Source of the DNA: Azolla caroliniana
Taxonomy: Eukaryota > Plantae > Polypodiophyta
Direction: 5' to 3'
Length of the DNA: 64,000 nucleotides
Assembly: GCA_043228905.1 (NCBI GenBank)
Contig: JBHGNT010000011.1
Coordinates: forward strand, 12,586,001-12,650,000
Shown here: piece after piece, positions 11,760 through 23,940 of the stretch
How positions within the stretch are numbered: the first letter of the stretch is position 1
Layout of the letters: the number at the start of each line of letters is the position of its first letter
Notes under the pieces: model-generated
What the model was told of the DNA's origin: nothing
What the model saw: only the letters and a program-made list of their open reading frames with translations
The model's database searches: none
Position numbers and translations under genes: made by a program

Positions 11760-13030
11760 ACATTGCATTGGATTTCAATTGAAAATCCACTTTCAAAATA
11801 TCTTAAAAAAGTGAAAAAAATTTACAAATGGATTTTCAACGGAAATCCAATGCAATAAATTAGATTTTAGTTGAAAGTTCACTTTTTCTTATTTGTTTCC
11901 AAATTTTCTTATTTTTTGAATTTTTTTTTGAATTTTTTCATTTTTCCCGTAAATAAGTAAATAAAAATTGGAAAAATAGATTTCAATGGAAATCCGATTC
12001 AGTGCATCATATTTCCGTTAAAAGTCCACTTTTTGCTATTTGTTACCAACTTTTCATAGTTTCATAAAAATTGGAAAAATGGATTTTCGACAGAAATCCG
12101 ATGCACTGCATCGGATTTTGGTTGAAATTCCACTTTTTCGTATTTGTTTTCAAATTTTTATATTTTTTGTAATTCTTTTTGTATTTTTTTTATATTTTTC
12201 TCATAAAAAAATAAATAATAATGGGAAAATGGATTTTCAACGGAAATCCGATGCACTGCATCAGATTTCGGTTGAAAGTCCACTTTTTCTTATTTGTTTC
12301 CAAATTTTCATATTTTTTGAAATTTTTTGGTATTTTTTCTGATTTTTTTTAATTTTTTCGATAAAATCCATTTTTCTGAAAATTGAAAAATGGATTTTCA
12401 ATGGAAATCCGATGCATTGCATCGGATTTTAGTTGAAAATCCACTTTTTCTTATTTGTTTTCAAATTTTCTTATTTTTTTTATAAATTTTCCCTTAAAAA
12501 TTGTTAAAAATAAAAAAAAATTGTGATTTTTTCCATTTAAAATGATGTATTTTCAAGGGGATTTTCAATGGAAATCCGTTGCATTGCATCGGATTTCCGT
12601 TGAAAATCACGGAGTTTCAACAGAAATCCGATGTAGTGCATCGGATTTCCATTGAAAGTCCAATATTTTTCTTTATCATTGATTTTCAACTGAAATCGGA
12701 CTCAATGGATCAGATTTTCATTGAAAATGCAATATTTTTTTATTATTTCATTGTTTTATGAAAAAACTAAAACAAATTTGGATTTTTATTTGAAATTCGA
12801 TGTAGTGCATTAGATTTCAGTTGGAAATCCACTTTTTTAATATATTTTTATTTATTTTTCAATTTAAAATCCATTATTTTTTTATATGGAAAAAAATATA
12901 AATAAGTAACATTGAAAAAAGAAAAAAGAAAAAAGGATTTTCGACTTTAATCCAACGCATTGCATTAGATTCTAGCTATATAGACTAAAATATAATGTAG
13001 TGCATAGTATTTTAACTGAAAATCCATTTA
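11760..13030. repeat. Array of ~11-12 imperfect ~51-bp palindromes in AT-rich spacers
   Basis: Consensus GGATTTTCAACGGAAATCCGATGCA-N-TGCATCGGATTTCCGTTGAAAATCC at ~11828, 11977, 12080, 12230, 12391, 12558, 12611, 12680, 12779, 12935. Confidence 0.88.
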
Positions 13031-13617
13031 TTATTATTTTTATGTAATTTTTTTTAAAAATTACAAAATAAAACAAATCTTGGATTTTCAATGGGTTTTA
13101 GATTTGTTTTTTGACACAGGTATATAATATAAAACTTACATCATTTTAGATTAACGTTATAGTCTATTCTTTAGTTTGATGTTACCTGTGCAATTTCATT
13201 CTACTATCATGTACTACTAAAACATGTGCCTTAAAGATGATCAAGAACTCTGTTGCATTAGAGAAGGACCCTAAGCAAGTTAATTTCATCAAAATGAGGA
13301 TCCAAGGTATCTGGGGTTGTCTTGATCAAGACCAAGAAGTTGGGGCAAAGCATATCAATGAAACTTAGATGTTCTAGATGACTTTTAGAGAACCTATGGA
13401 ACCTATAGATGAAGACGCAGGGCACCTTGTTGAATTAGAAGACGTACCAAAATATGAACATACTAACGATTCAACTTAACGTATTGACGAAGCCAATGAG
13501 GACAATCTTGATGAAAGAGCTAATCCTGAGGAGACGGCTTTACTAGACTTATTATTTGATTGAATGGATATGGCTTATTGTAAAATTTCAACAATATGAA
13601 TTGTTAAATTTTGACGT

Positions 13618-14343
13618 TGTCGTGCCTTTCGGCTCCGGATCGTTGCGTGAGTCGGGTGGGAACCGCCGAGGTTTTGGACTAGGAGGAAGAAAAATACAAA
13701 TAAAGCTAGTAAAGAATAGGTATAAAGAGTTATAAAATAAGAATATTGTGAATCCCACGAGTTTAGTATATTTAGTCAATATTTAGGTAGTAAGAGAGAA
13801 TTATTTTAGCAAATTTGTGAATCCCACGAATATTTTAGATTGATTGATCATTATAGAAAAAAAAATCAACCCCCAACTACAATGTGCTCCCCATCCTTAT
13901 ATAGTGATGGGAGAGACTAAGCATAGCTACATGCTTTTTTTTTCTAATATGTTCATGCACACTAAATGTGCATGTGATGCTTTTCTAATCCTTGCTTTTA
14001 TTTGCTAAATATAGTGCTCATGCACGCTAGATGTGCATGAGTCACTTTTTAGTTGCTTGCGTTTTTCTATAAAATATTCACGCACTTTAAAAATGCATGA
14101 TTTACCTTTTAATAAAGGTAGGCGCAAATAAAGCACTTATAGTTATTAAATCTATTTCTAAAACACTAAAGATAAGGTAGCATAATGGTAAATTTGAGGT
14201 TTGGTTATGTGGAGGTATAGGGTTTGAATCTTGCCTTACGCATGTGATAAATATTTTGATATATTATTTATTTATTTATATGTATCTAAAATCGGATATA
14301 TTATTTTATGGTTTTCGCGTAGTGTGTGGAATACACTACGACA
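13618..14343 (-). mobile_element. Solo LTR related to the Gypsy D LTR
   Basis: TGTCG...CGACA; TSD ACGT (13614-13617, 14344-14347); reverse complement aligns with D LTR ends (TGTCGTAGTGT...CCCACCCGACTCACG...GGCACGACA). Confidence 0.92.
14172..14240 (+). other. tRNA-like A/B-box cassette, antisense to the LTR
   Basis: TAGCATAATGG (14178-14188), GGTTTGAATC (14221-14230), flanking TAAGGTA/TGCCTTA pairing. Confidence 0.6.
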
Positions 14344-15575
14344 ACGTAATATATAAGTTGAGCTTACTTATAGTTTTCGTGTAACAATCATTGAACTTAG
14401 AGATTAAGTATATTTGTATGTGTACATGTTGTCTAAACTCTCCTTTATCATTTGGGGTATATGGGAGATAAATTTATACCCTATCATTTACTCGTATGAT
14501 TGGAATGTTGTTGTAGACTAGTTTATTTATACATTGACAATGTCATGTATCACGTGTCAATGGAAATTTTCTCTTGACATAGTAGTATCTCTTAATTGCA
14601 AGGTTCACAATTTGCTTTAAGATATATTATATATAAATATACACACATAATTAGAAGAAGTCACTTATTCAATGGGGTATGCTTTTTAGAATATGCACAA
14701 GGACTCGTGTTACTATTATACTTGCATTGACAAATATACCCCTGTCTAAGATTTGGACAAAAACATGGTAAATAGAATATATGTCGGATAATTTTATTGA
14801 CGTGATATTAGTTAGTTCTATTTTACACTATGTTTTTATAAACCATATATGCATACGTCGTGCCTTTTTGAAATTCTACTTAAATAAGGCATTTTTTAAC
14901 ATCTCACTAAAATATGAAAAAAGAGAATTCGACATATTACTTGTTTCAAATGACCCGGTGTTTTGTAAGAACTCAAATGATATAAAACTTAATTGTTTTT
15001 AAAAATCAAATACTCATTGTGAATATTGTTTGTTATAATAAACATGAGTTGTTATTTTTATGATTAAAACCATGTTGTAAAATTCTTCCATTTGCCTAAT
15101 TTTGTGAATTTTTTTCAATTTTATGACATGGTGATATTTTAAGCTTTTCCATTGAGTCTTTGAGCACATCTGGTACAAGTATCACATTTTTTGTGAGATT
15201 GTTAAAAAAACCTTGAAATCTAACGAAATATTCCTTATCCTTCCAATTGTGCGCGATCCTTCCACTTCTGAACGTGAACATGTTTTTATCATGTCCTCGT
15301 CGAATTAATCAAGAAACAAATTTTGTCATTGTTTCTAAGCGTATAGGTAAAAGTAAGCAAATGACCTTACATAATTTTGGTACGAAGGAAAGACTTACAA
15401 ATCATATTTTTGTTTTCTAAATGTTTGGAACAAATTTCAATTTAGTTTGATGTAAATTCATCATGAAACAATGGAATTTCTTTGATTTTGATTTTGACCT
15501 CTAAAAAAAGCGTACTTAATATAATGGTACACACACTTAAGAGGACACAAACTTAACCGAAGGTCTACTGTTTTA

Positions 15576-16840
15576 CACAAGGAAAGATTGATTATTCGGG
15601 TAATAATAATTATTACTACGATTGGGTGTAATTAAATTAGCTTGATGGCGATTAACATGGTATTTTAATTAAGAGGGGTGTTTTTACTAAAATATAACAA
15701 GATTATGGGCATATATGGGTAACAATGACCGTTCAAAAAAGTAGTAGTGTACAATTAACTGCCATTAAAGTTTAAACGTGGGGAATGTGACCCAAATGTG
15801 GTAATTTAACCACAATATGCACGTGACCACAAGGAAAGATTGATTATTCGGGTAATAATAATTATTACTACGATTGGGTGTAATTAAATTAGCTTGATGG
15901 CGATTAACATGGTATTTTAATTAAGAGGGGTGTTTTTACTAAAATATAACAAGATTATGGGCATATATGGGTAACAATGACCGTTCAAAAAAGTAGCAGT
16001 GTACATTTAACTGCCATTAAAGTTTAAACGTGGGGAATGTGACCCAAATGTGGTAATTTAACCACAATATGCACGTGACCACAAGGAAAGATTGATTATT
16101 CGGGTAATAATAATTATTACTACGATTGGGTGTAATTAAATTAGCTTGATGGCGATTAACATGGTATTTTAATTAAGAGGGGTGTTTTTACTAAAATATA
16201 ACAAGATTATGGGCATATATGGGTAACAATGACCGTTCAAAAAAGTAGCAGTGTACAATTAACTGCCATTAAAGTTTAAACGTGGGGAATGTGACCCAAA
16301 TGTGGTAATTTAACCACAATATGCACGTGACCACAAGGAAAGATTGATTATTCGGGTAATAATAATTATTACTACGATTGGGTGTAATTAAATTAGCTTG
16401 ATGGCGATTAACATGGTATTTTAATTAAGAGGGGTGTTTTTACTAAAATATAACAAGATTATGGGCATATATGGGTAACAATGACCGTTCAAAAAAGTAG
16501 CAGTGTACAATTAACTGCCATTAAAGTTTAAACGTGGGGAATGTGACCCAAATGTGGTAATTTAACCACAATATGCACGTGACCACAAGGAAAGATTGAT
16601 TATTCGGGTAATAATAATTATTACTACGATTGGGTGTAATTAAATTAGCTTGATGGCGATTAACATGGTATTTTAATTAAGAGGGGTGTTTTTACTAAAA
16701 TATAACAAGATTATGGGCATATATGGGTAACAATGACCGTTCAAAAAAGTAGCAGTGTACAATTAACTGCCATTAAAGTTTAAACGTGGGGAATGTGACC
16801 CAAATGTGGTAATTTAACCACAATATGCACGTGACCACAA
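15576..16840 (+). repeat. 5 x 252-bp tandem repeat upstream of the UGT
   Basis: Units start CACAAGGAAAGATTG at 15576, 15828, 16080, 16332, 16584; almost identical; each has CACGTG and AACGTG. Confidence 0.97.
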
Positions 16841-16938
16841 AAAATCATGGTACCTAGATTAGGATAGATCTGAAATAAATAAGGGGAAAGTAGGGAATTC
16901 TCAGTAGCTTGGGACACTGATCAGGATTAATCACAATA

Positions 16939-18498
16939 ATGTCATCATCATCCTTCATCACTGGGCAACCACCCACTTCTGATGATGATGATCGCCATAG
17001 CCAGGATGGTGGTGACATCCCGCCGCGGCCGCACGCTTTCGTGTTGCCATATCCCGTGCAGGGCCACATCAAGCCCATGATGCTCCTCTGCAAGCTCCTA
17101 GCCAAACACCATGGCTTCATCATCTCATTCCTCAATACGGAATCCAACCACAAGCTCATCATGGAGGATGTGGGCCCAGAAGTTCATGATGACAGTGTTG
17201 GCCAAGGTAATGAACATGGGGGTAGAGGAGGTATGGATGAGAACTTCCGTTTGTTATGGCTTCCTGATCCTGTGCTTCCAGAAGATGACCATGGAGATGA
17301 TGAGGATGATGCACCTGAGTCCCACCTGAATAAGGTCCACATAACCCTAACCAAAGCCTTCCTGAATACAAACCCTAAATCATTGGAGCATCTCGTCCGG
17401 GCCCAGGACCCGCCGGTGAGCTGCCTCATCTTGGATTTTGTCACCCCGCGGATCGCCCACGAGCTGGGCGAGAAGCTCGGCATCGCCCGCCTCTTCTTCT
17501 TCATGGCATCGGCCGCGAGCCTGAGGATGATGTTACGGAGCGGAGAAGTGGGCGGGGCGGAGGAGAAGCTGCTCTCATACCCACTCCTACCAAGCCCCCA
17601 TGTGCTGGAGCCCTATGACATAAACCCTTACCTCAAGATGTGTGGGAAGAAGGCCAGTGATTACATGTGCAGGGCCTTCAATGCATTGGGTAGAGAGGGT
17701 GTGCTCCAAGAAGGGGACACCATCCTCATCCATACCATAGAGGAGGTGGAGGCCCAGAGCCTCGCCGAGCTTAGGAAGAAGGACAAACCTTCCTTGAAGG
17801 TCCTGCCCATTGGGCCTTTGCTTGATGAGGGGAAGCATGATGCTGCCCATATGCACCTCTGGAAGACAGATTACTCATGCCAAGCCTGGCTGGACACCCA
17901 CCCTCCTCGCTCCGTCCTCCTCGTCTCCTTCGGCAGCCTCTCCTCCTTGTCCCCCGCCCAGCTCACGGAGCTCGGCCTCGGCCTCGAAGCGTCCGGACAC
18001 CGCATCCTCTGGGTCATCCGGCCCGGCCAAATCATCGGACCGAACCATCGTGATTCCGGCCACCCCCTCCTCCCGGATGACTTCTTCCTGCGCAACCGCG
18101 CCCGCATCTCGGTCGTCCCGTGGCTACCCCAGCTCCGAGTCCTCTCCCACCCCTCTCTTGCCGCCTTCTTCACTCACTGTGGCTGGAATTCGACCCTCGA
18201 AAGCATCTCCTCAGGCGTGCCCATGCTCGCTTGGCCCTTCTCCGGCGACCAAATGCAGAACGCCCGGTTCATCGTAGACGTTTGGCGCGTCGGCCTCCGC
18301 CTCCTGCCGCCCGGATGCTCCGAGATCACCCGAGATGTTGTGGCCACGAAAATCGTCCAACTAATGGACGGGGAAATCGGGGAAGGCTTGCGACAACGGG
18401 CGCGAGACTTGAAGCGCGTTGTCGACACGGCAATCGCCCCCAATGGATCCTCTACAAAAAATATGTCGTGTCTAGCCCAACGATTGACCAAGACATAA
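16939..18498 (+). CDS. Family-1 UDP-glycosyltransferase, intronless, 519 aa
   Basis: PHAFVLPYPVQGHIKP (catalytic His), CLILDF (Asp), VSFGS, complete PSPG box WLPQLRVLSHPSLAAFFTHCGWNSTLESISSGVPMLAWPFSGDQ, C-terminal NGSS. Confidence 0.96.
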   Translation: MSSSSFITGQPPTSDDDDRHSQDGGDIPPRPHAFVLPYPVQGHIKPMMLLCKLLAKHHGFIISFLNTESNHKLIMEDVGPEVHDDSVGQGNEHGGRGGMDENFRLLWLPDPVLPEDDHGDDEDDAPESHLNKVHITLTKAFLNTNPKSLEHLVRAQDPPVSCLILDFVTPRIAHELGEKLGIARLFFFMASAASLRMMLRSGEVGGAEEKLLSYPLLPSPHVLEPYDINPYLKMCGKKASDYMCRAFNALGREGVLQEGDTILIHTIEEVEAQSLAELRKKDKPSLKVLPIGPLLDEGKHDAAHMHLWKTDYSCQAWLDTHPPRSVLLVSFGSLSSLSPAQLTELGLGLEASGHRILWVIRPGQIIGPNHRDSGHPLLPDDFFLRNRARISVVPWLPQLRVLSHPSLAAFFTHCGWNSTLESISSGVPMLAWPFSGDQMQNARFIVDVWRVGLRLLPPGCSEITRDVVATKIVQLMDGEIGEGLRQRARDLKRVVDTAIAPNGSSTKNMSCLAQRLTKT

Positions 18499-18750
18499 TT
18501 GGGTCAACAATGGCATTGAAGAAGAAGGTATACAAGATCCAAGGTACCCATGAAAGAAAGGTCAAAAAGAGAGTTGTCAAGGATATGATATATTGCCTAA
18601 GTAACGCTCATCTTATATAATATACACTACTATTATTAGCATGTCCTGGAGATATATTAAATCAAAGGTCTGTTTTACTGCTTATAAACTCATCGTTTGT
18701 ACTAAATGACCATATTTATCACTCTTTGCAAGTACTTTAAAAGCGATTTT

Positions 18751-20717
18751 CTATAAACTAACCCTAAAGCAATACAATAACAGTACCTTCCGTTTAATGT
18801 TTGTAATTTGATAATATCCCCTTTCCGTTATTGTTCTAATGAGATAATGATTTGTATGTATGTAAACCAATTTCTCAACATGAGCATGAGTCAATATATT
18901 TCTTTTTTTTGTATGTATAGATGAGAATGTACTCCAATTTCTTTCACAAGAAGATGCACATGAACCTTGAGAAAGCACACGAATTGCAAGTCTTTTTAAG
19001 TTTGGAGTGCTTGCTCCAAATGTTTCCCACCACTTAATTGCATCATGCATTCTAGTTGGATCATTTGCCATAGGAACTTGAAATGAACTTTTTTGTTGAG
19101 TTCTATAAGCATAGAATTCATCTAATAGAACAACACATAGAGGTATATCACCATTAGTATACTGCATAATAGTTTCCATCCAACTTGTATTGACCTTCTC
19201 ATCAATATCTTGAATTTTATTTCTCCAAATTGGATGGAAAATAAAACCAGTTGCATGCAATGGGAATGTAGCATTGTCCATCTTTGCATGCATATTCCTC
19301 GAATTTCATCAAGCAATAAATTATCTACATCTTCAATGTGGTTTATTTCTTCTATCATACAATGAGTACATTCATAATTTAAACCCATGGTCGCACCTTC
19401 TCTATACGCCAATCTAAGAACTTTTAATATTGGCTTGCATATATTTACTATCTTCTTTACATTTGCCCAAAAGGAAGCATCAAGTATAATTGAAACTATT
19501 TCTTCTCCTAGTTGTGTTTTTTAATCCTTTCCATTGACACCATTGTTCACTAACCACCATTCTTCTTAATCCACCTTTGACTCTATCATCCAATAAGTTT
19601 GACGACATGATAAAACTATAGGCAAATCTAGTAGTGGAAGGCGTTAACAATTCTTTCTCACTAAACTTACGAAACATTGCCAAAGAATATCGTTTTTGTG
19701 TAATAAACACGATTACCTTTGTAGCTAATTTCAAAACATCATGAACCCAAACACATTTTCCAATATCATCAAACAACAAATCGAGGCAATGACATGTGCA
19801 TTTGGTAAAAAAGATCATGGGCCACTCTTTCTATATCATCCTCCCAGCTACCACACAATTTGTTGCATTGTCCATACAAACTTGCACAACATTTGATGGG
19901 CCAATATCAAGAATAACATCCTTTAAAATCTTAAAGATATACTCTCCCGATTTACATTCTCCACTAGTGTCAACTGATTTTAGAAACACAGTGCCATATG
20001 TAGAAGTAGCCCTGACATTAACTATAGGTCTATTCTTTGTATCTGACCAACCATAGCTCACAATAGTGCATCCAACAGTTTTCCCTTTTTCTCTAATTTG
20101 CATAATCTCATTTTCAACGTATTTCACCTCTTTTTTAAGTGCCTTTTACATAATTGATTAGGAGATGGTCGCTTATAAGAAGGCCCATCAAGTGCTACAA
20201 CTTTTATTAATTCACGAAAATATGTACTTCCCACTTTTGCATCTGGTATACCGTATCCTCTACAAAAAGAAAATGTCTGGATTGCTTCATGTACATTTTT
20301 ATTAAGTTGCTTTTGCCATAACACTTTCAAAGGTTCAACATTGTCTACTTTCATCTCTATACTTGTTGATGCATTACCAAAAGATGATGAAAGGCATTTC
20401 ATTGATAGATGTTGATTCCACATTCATATCAACATTTGTGCTACTATTTTCAGCATTGCATTCCGTTGATGATTCACCGTTCATGTCAACATTTGCACAA
20501 CCAGGTACCCTTTTTGTACTTCAGCTTTTATAACAACATCAATTTCACGACATTTCTCAACACCTCAACCTTTTAAGCCCAACAAGTGAGCTCTAATTTG
20601 AAAGGGGCCACCAACAAATATATGGTGGCAATGTTTGCATTGAACGATAGGCATACTCTTATCATGTTTTCTCAAAATAGTCACATGATTCCATTCAAAG
20701 CTCTTTTGCTTCACCAT
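18751..20717 (-). pseudogene. hAT transposase (BED finger, DUF659-like core, hAT dimerization domain), frameshifted
   Basis: MVKQKSFEWNHV...CKHC...H; GCTIVSYGWSD, VQVCMDNATN, CTCHCLDL, WWETFG...SASSCERNWS. Confidence 0.9.
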
Positions 20718-20790
20718 TTTAGTAAATTAACCTTTAGCTAATCCTGAAAGAGATTAATTTGATACATAAAAATGAATTTTAACATTTCTG

Positions 20791-21290
20791 ATCCAAAATG
20801 TTCATTAATCCTACCTCTAATTAAAATATAATTGTGATTGGATAATCCTACAATTATACCATGAATATATCATGGAAGATTGGACAACATTGAGATGGGA
20901 AGATAGACTTACCGAGTTTTGGCAAAACCCTAGTTTTCAAGGAATAATTTTCAGAGACTTTCTTATCCAAAATGTTCATTAATCTTGCCTCTAATTAAAA
21001 TCTAATTGTGATTGGATAATCCTAAAATTATAGCATGAATAAATCATGGAAGATTGGACAATATTGAGATGAGAAGAGAGACTTACCAAGTTTTGGCAAA
21101 ACCCTAGTTTTCAGGGAATAATTTTCAGAGACTTTCTTATCCAAAATGTTCATTAATCCTACCTCTAATTAAAATCTAATTATGATTGGATAATCCTACA
21201 ATTATCGCATGAATAAATCATGGAAGATTGGACAACATTGAGATGAGAAGAGAGCCTTACCGAATTTTGGCAAAACCCTAATTTTCAGGG
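20791..21290. repeat. 3 x ~173-bp tandem repeat in the hAT leader
   Basis: ATCCAAAATGTTCATTAATC at 20791, 20965, 21138. Confidence 0.9.
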
Positions 21291-21599
21291 AGCAATATGC
21301 AGAAAGAGGTCTCAGTTAAGAATGTATGTGTTATATAGGAAGAGCAAAAGACGTAGGCAAACCCTAAAATTCCAAGGAACCAATGTTTGTTGTTGTTCGC
21401 TGTTTCAGCTATTCCCTGCAGGTTGTTCCCTATTCGCTACTCGTCGAATACATTTTTTCAAAAAGAAAAAATTTAGGGGAAAAAAATTTAACGAATATTT
21501 GAACATGCATTCTTATGCGTATCCGTTGGTATTCGTGGGGGAGGCCCCATGAATGCGAATATGTCAATCTATGGTCCCCCATTAACATGACATTCATTG

Positions 21600-22330
21600 T
21601 CTCCTCAAAATACACTCTCTCATTACAGTCTATTTTCATTGTGAAATATATTGTGATAAATGTAAAACATCTGACACTAAATGGTTGAAAAGAGTTGTAG
21701 GGGAGTGGATGAGGTGTTGTCGTGGGGAGGCTGGTTGCAAGTTATGTGGATATGCTTTGGAATCGATCCCTCACTATTTTTGGAATTGTGTAGAGGCGAT
21801 TGGCATTTGGGGTAGAAATCTCGGGATCGTGGCAACTTGTGGTATTAATGGGAAAGTTATGTGGGGGTCCTTATAGAATTTGAAGTTAACAGGAGAGGGT
21901 TGGGCGGAACAGTTAAACCCACTGGGTCATAAATTTATATCACAGGGTGGCAGCGTGTTCCAATGTACTCGAGTGCGACCTGGCACTAACTTTGCATTTT
22001 TTGAGGAAATATGAATGATGGTGGCGTGCTTATCTGTCTGGCACATTTGAACCATGCGCTGTAAGTTTGTCTTTCAGTAGCGACGAGGTGTTGCTAAATA
22101 TTTGGTTCAAGCTGGTATCGTAGGTACGCAGATACTATGACTCGATTCAAAGGGAATCAAACGAAGCAAAAAGGGCACGGTCAAAGTTTTTGTTGAAATG
22201 GGGTGGTTCTCCTATGATGGTCAAATCTTCAATAGGGCCTAAATGGAACTACCAAGCACCCAGGTGGTTGTTTCTGGCAATGGCTTATATTAGTGGACAG
22301 GAGATGTAGATATGTATAACTGCAATATAA
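21600..22330 (+). mobile_element. LINE (L1-like) ORF2 3' remnant
   Basis: zf-RVT-like CKLCGYALESIPHYFWNC; downstream GPKWNYQAPRW resembles the 54608-54964 fragment. Confidence 0.7.
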
Positions 22331-22512
22331 GTAAGTTACCATAGTTGTGGTACCCGGATAGCTTTGTTGTAAAAGTGTAGGTGTGATAAATTTGTTTGTA
22401 AATGAGGGGGTTGGGATTATGATAAGATTTGTGAGGGGAAGGCCAACGTGAGTTTTGCTGAATTTGTTGTTGGTTTTCGGAGTTGTTGGATATATAGATA
22501 TCTCTAAGGTTA

Positions 22513-22956
22513 TGTTAGAGATATGCCCTAATGTAAGCATATGATAAGGATAAAAGAATGATAGATAGAAAGGAGAGAGAGAAAGAAGGGTGTCAATCCA
22601 CCCGACCACCCCCGAGCGAAGGGATCGAGACAGACTCAAGCCTCGATCGACGTCCCATACCACTGTCGAGTCATACCTGGTGTTGGCGCGCTCGCTACAA
22701 CAGTTGAACCACCACGAAACAGAGTCTCGACGTAGTCAAAAAAAGATGAAATGAGGGTAGCTAGGCCTCTTATTTATAGCGATACCCAAGGCCCCCAGGC
22801 AAGTTCACACTTGGCCTAATGGGTTGTCTCAATCCCAAGAATTAAAAGTAATCCTCCCCTTCTTTACACTCTCGTTTAACCCTCACAGTTATCCACGTGT
22901 ATAGAATACTACGGTAAATTCTCACCAAGGGATATTATATGGTCATGCCCGTAACA
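22513..22956 (-). repeat. 3' LTR of G
   Basis: Matches 52923-53374. Confidence 0.93.
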
Positions 22957-23873
22957 TACTCCCCCTCTTTAAAACATTCACTCTTGCAATGGAAAGTTAG
23001 GGAAGTTAGTTCTAAGAGTATTTTCGCGTTCCCATGTGGCATCTTTGATTGATTTATCCATCCATTTTATTTTAAATTCTCGGATTCCTTTAGTACGTAG
23101 TTTTTTTGTTTTAAGATCGAGAATTCTTTCTGGTACATGTGGTTTAGAGTTTCAGTTGTAATTGTATTGTCACCAGAACCTAGAAGTTCTTTTAGACGAC
23201 TCACATGAAAAACCGGATGAATTTCAACACCATCATGAAGAGCGAGACAATAGGCTGATGACCCAATGTGTTTAAGGACTGTAAAAGATCCACAAAACCG
23301 TGGGGCTAACTTAGTGCACTTACCCTTAGACAATGTCTTAGAATTGTGAGGTACACGTAAAAATACCTTTTGTCCAGGGTTGAATACATGAGGTTGCCTA
23401 TAATGATCGGCATAAAAACGCGCTCTATATTGAGCTGTTTTTATATTATCTCGTGCAATATGCAACATATCTTGCATTTTCCGAAGAAAATTTTGCGTAC
23501 TTCGCAATTCATCATGATGTATATTAACATCAATTGGGGCTCGTGGTTGAAAACCATACATCAACATAAAAGGACTATATCTCGTCGATGTATGCTTGGA
23601 GCTGTTATAAGCAAACTCCAAAATTGGGAGATAAAGTTCCCTTTTTGTTGGTTTTGTACCAACGTTGTCGTAGTGTAATTTACACACTACGTGGAAATTG
23701 CATTTTGTCCATCCGGATAGAGAATGAAATACCCGGTGAGAACCGGACGAAGAGAAACCGGCAAGGAGGAATCGGCAAGGAAGAACCGGATGAAGAAGGC
23801 CGGTGAGAGTCTCTTACGGGATAAAGAGACACAATTGTAAATAAAAGAAACATTAAAATTTCTATTACATACA

Positions 23874-23940
23874 TAGGGCAAGATTCAAACCCTGCACCTC
23901 CACACAGACAAACTCCAGCCTTACCATTATACTAACTTAT
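23874..23940 (-). other. tRNA-like A/B-box cassette in the D 5' LTR (copy at ~29798-29865)
   Basis: Minus strand TAGTATAATGGTAAG ... GCAGGGTTTGAATCTTGC. Confidence 0.6.

Larger units (their letters stand above)
18751..21573 (-). mobile_element. hAT DNA transposon remnant; only one probable terminus seen
   Basis: Transposase remnant; candidate 5' end CATAGATTGAC at 21573; partner TIR/TSD not found. Confidence 0.6.

Noticed and set aside
11760-13030. CRISPR-like look of palindromic repeats with spacers
   Set aside because: Repeats are degenerate, spacers are long, irregular, low-complexity and similar to each other; no cas genes; eukaryotic context.
13200-13560. Coding-like acidic stretch after the palindrome array
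   Set aside because: Multiple stops and no motif I can recognise; cannot be called without a search.
15576-16840. 5S rDNA or tRNA gene array
   Set aside because: No 5S/tRNA-like sequence or Pol III boxes seen in the 252-bp unit.
17810-18620. Overlapping ORFs on the UGT 3' half
   Set aside because: GC-rich alternate frames without motifs.
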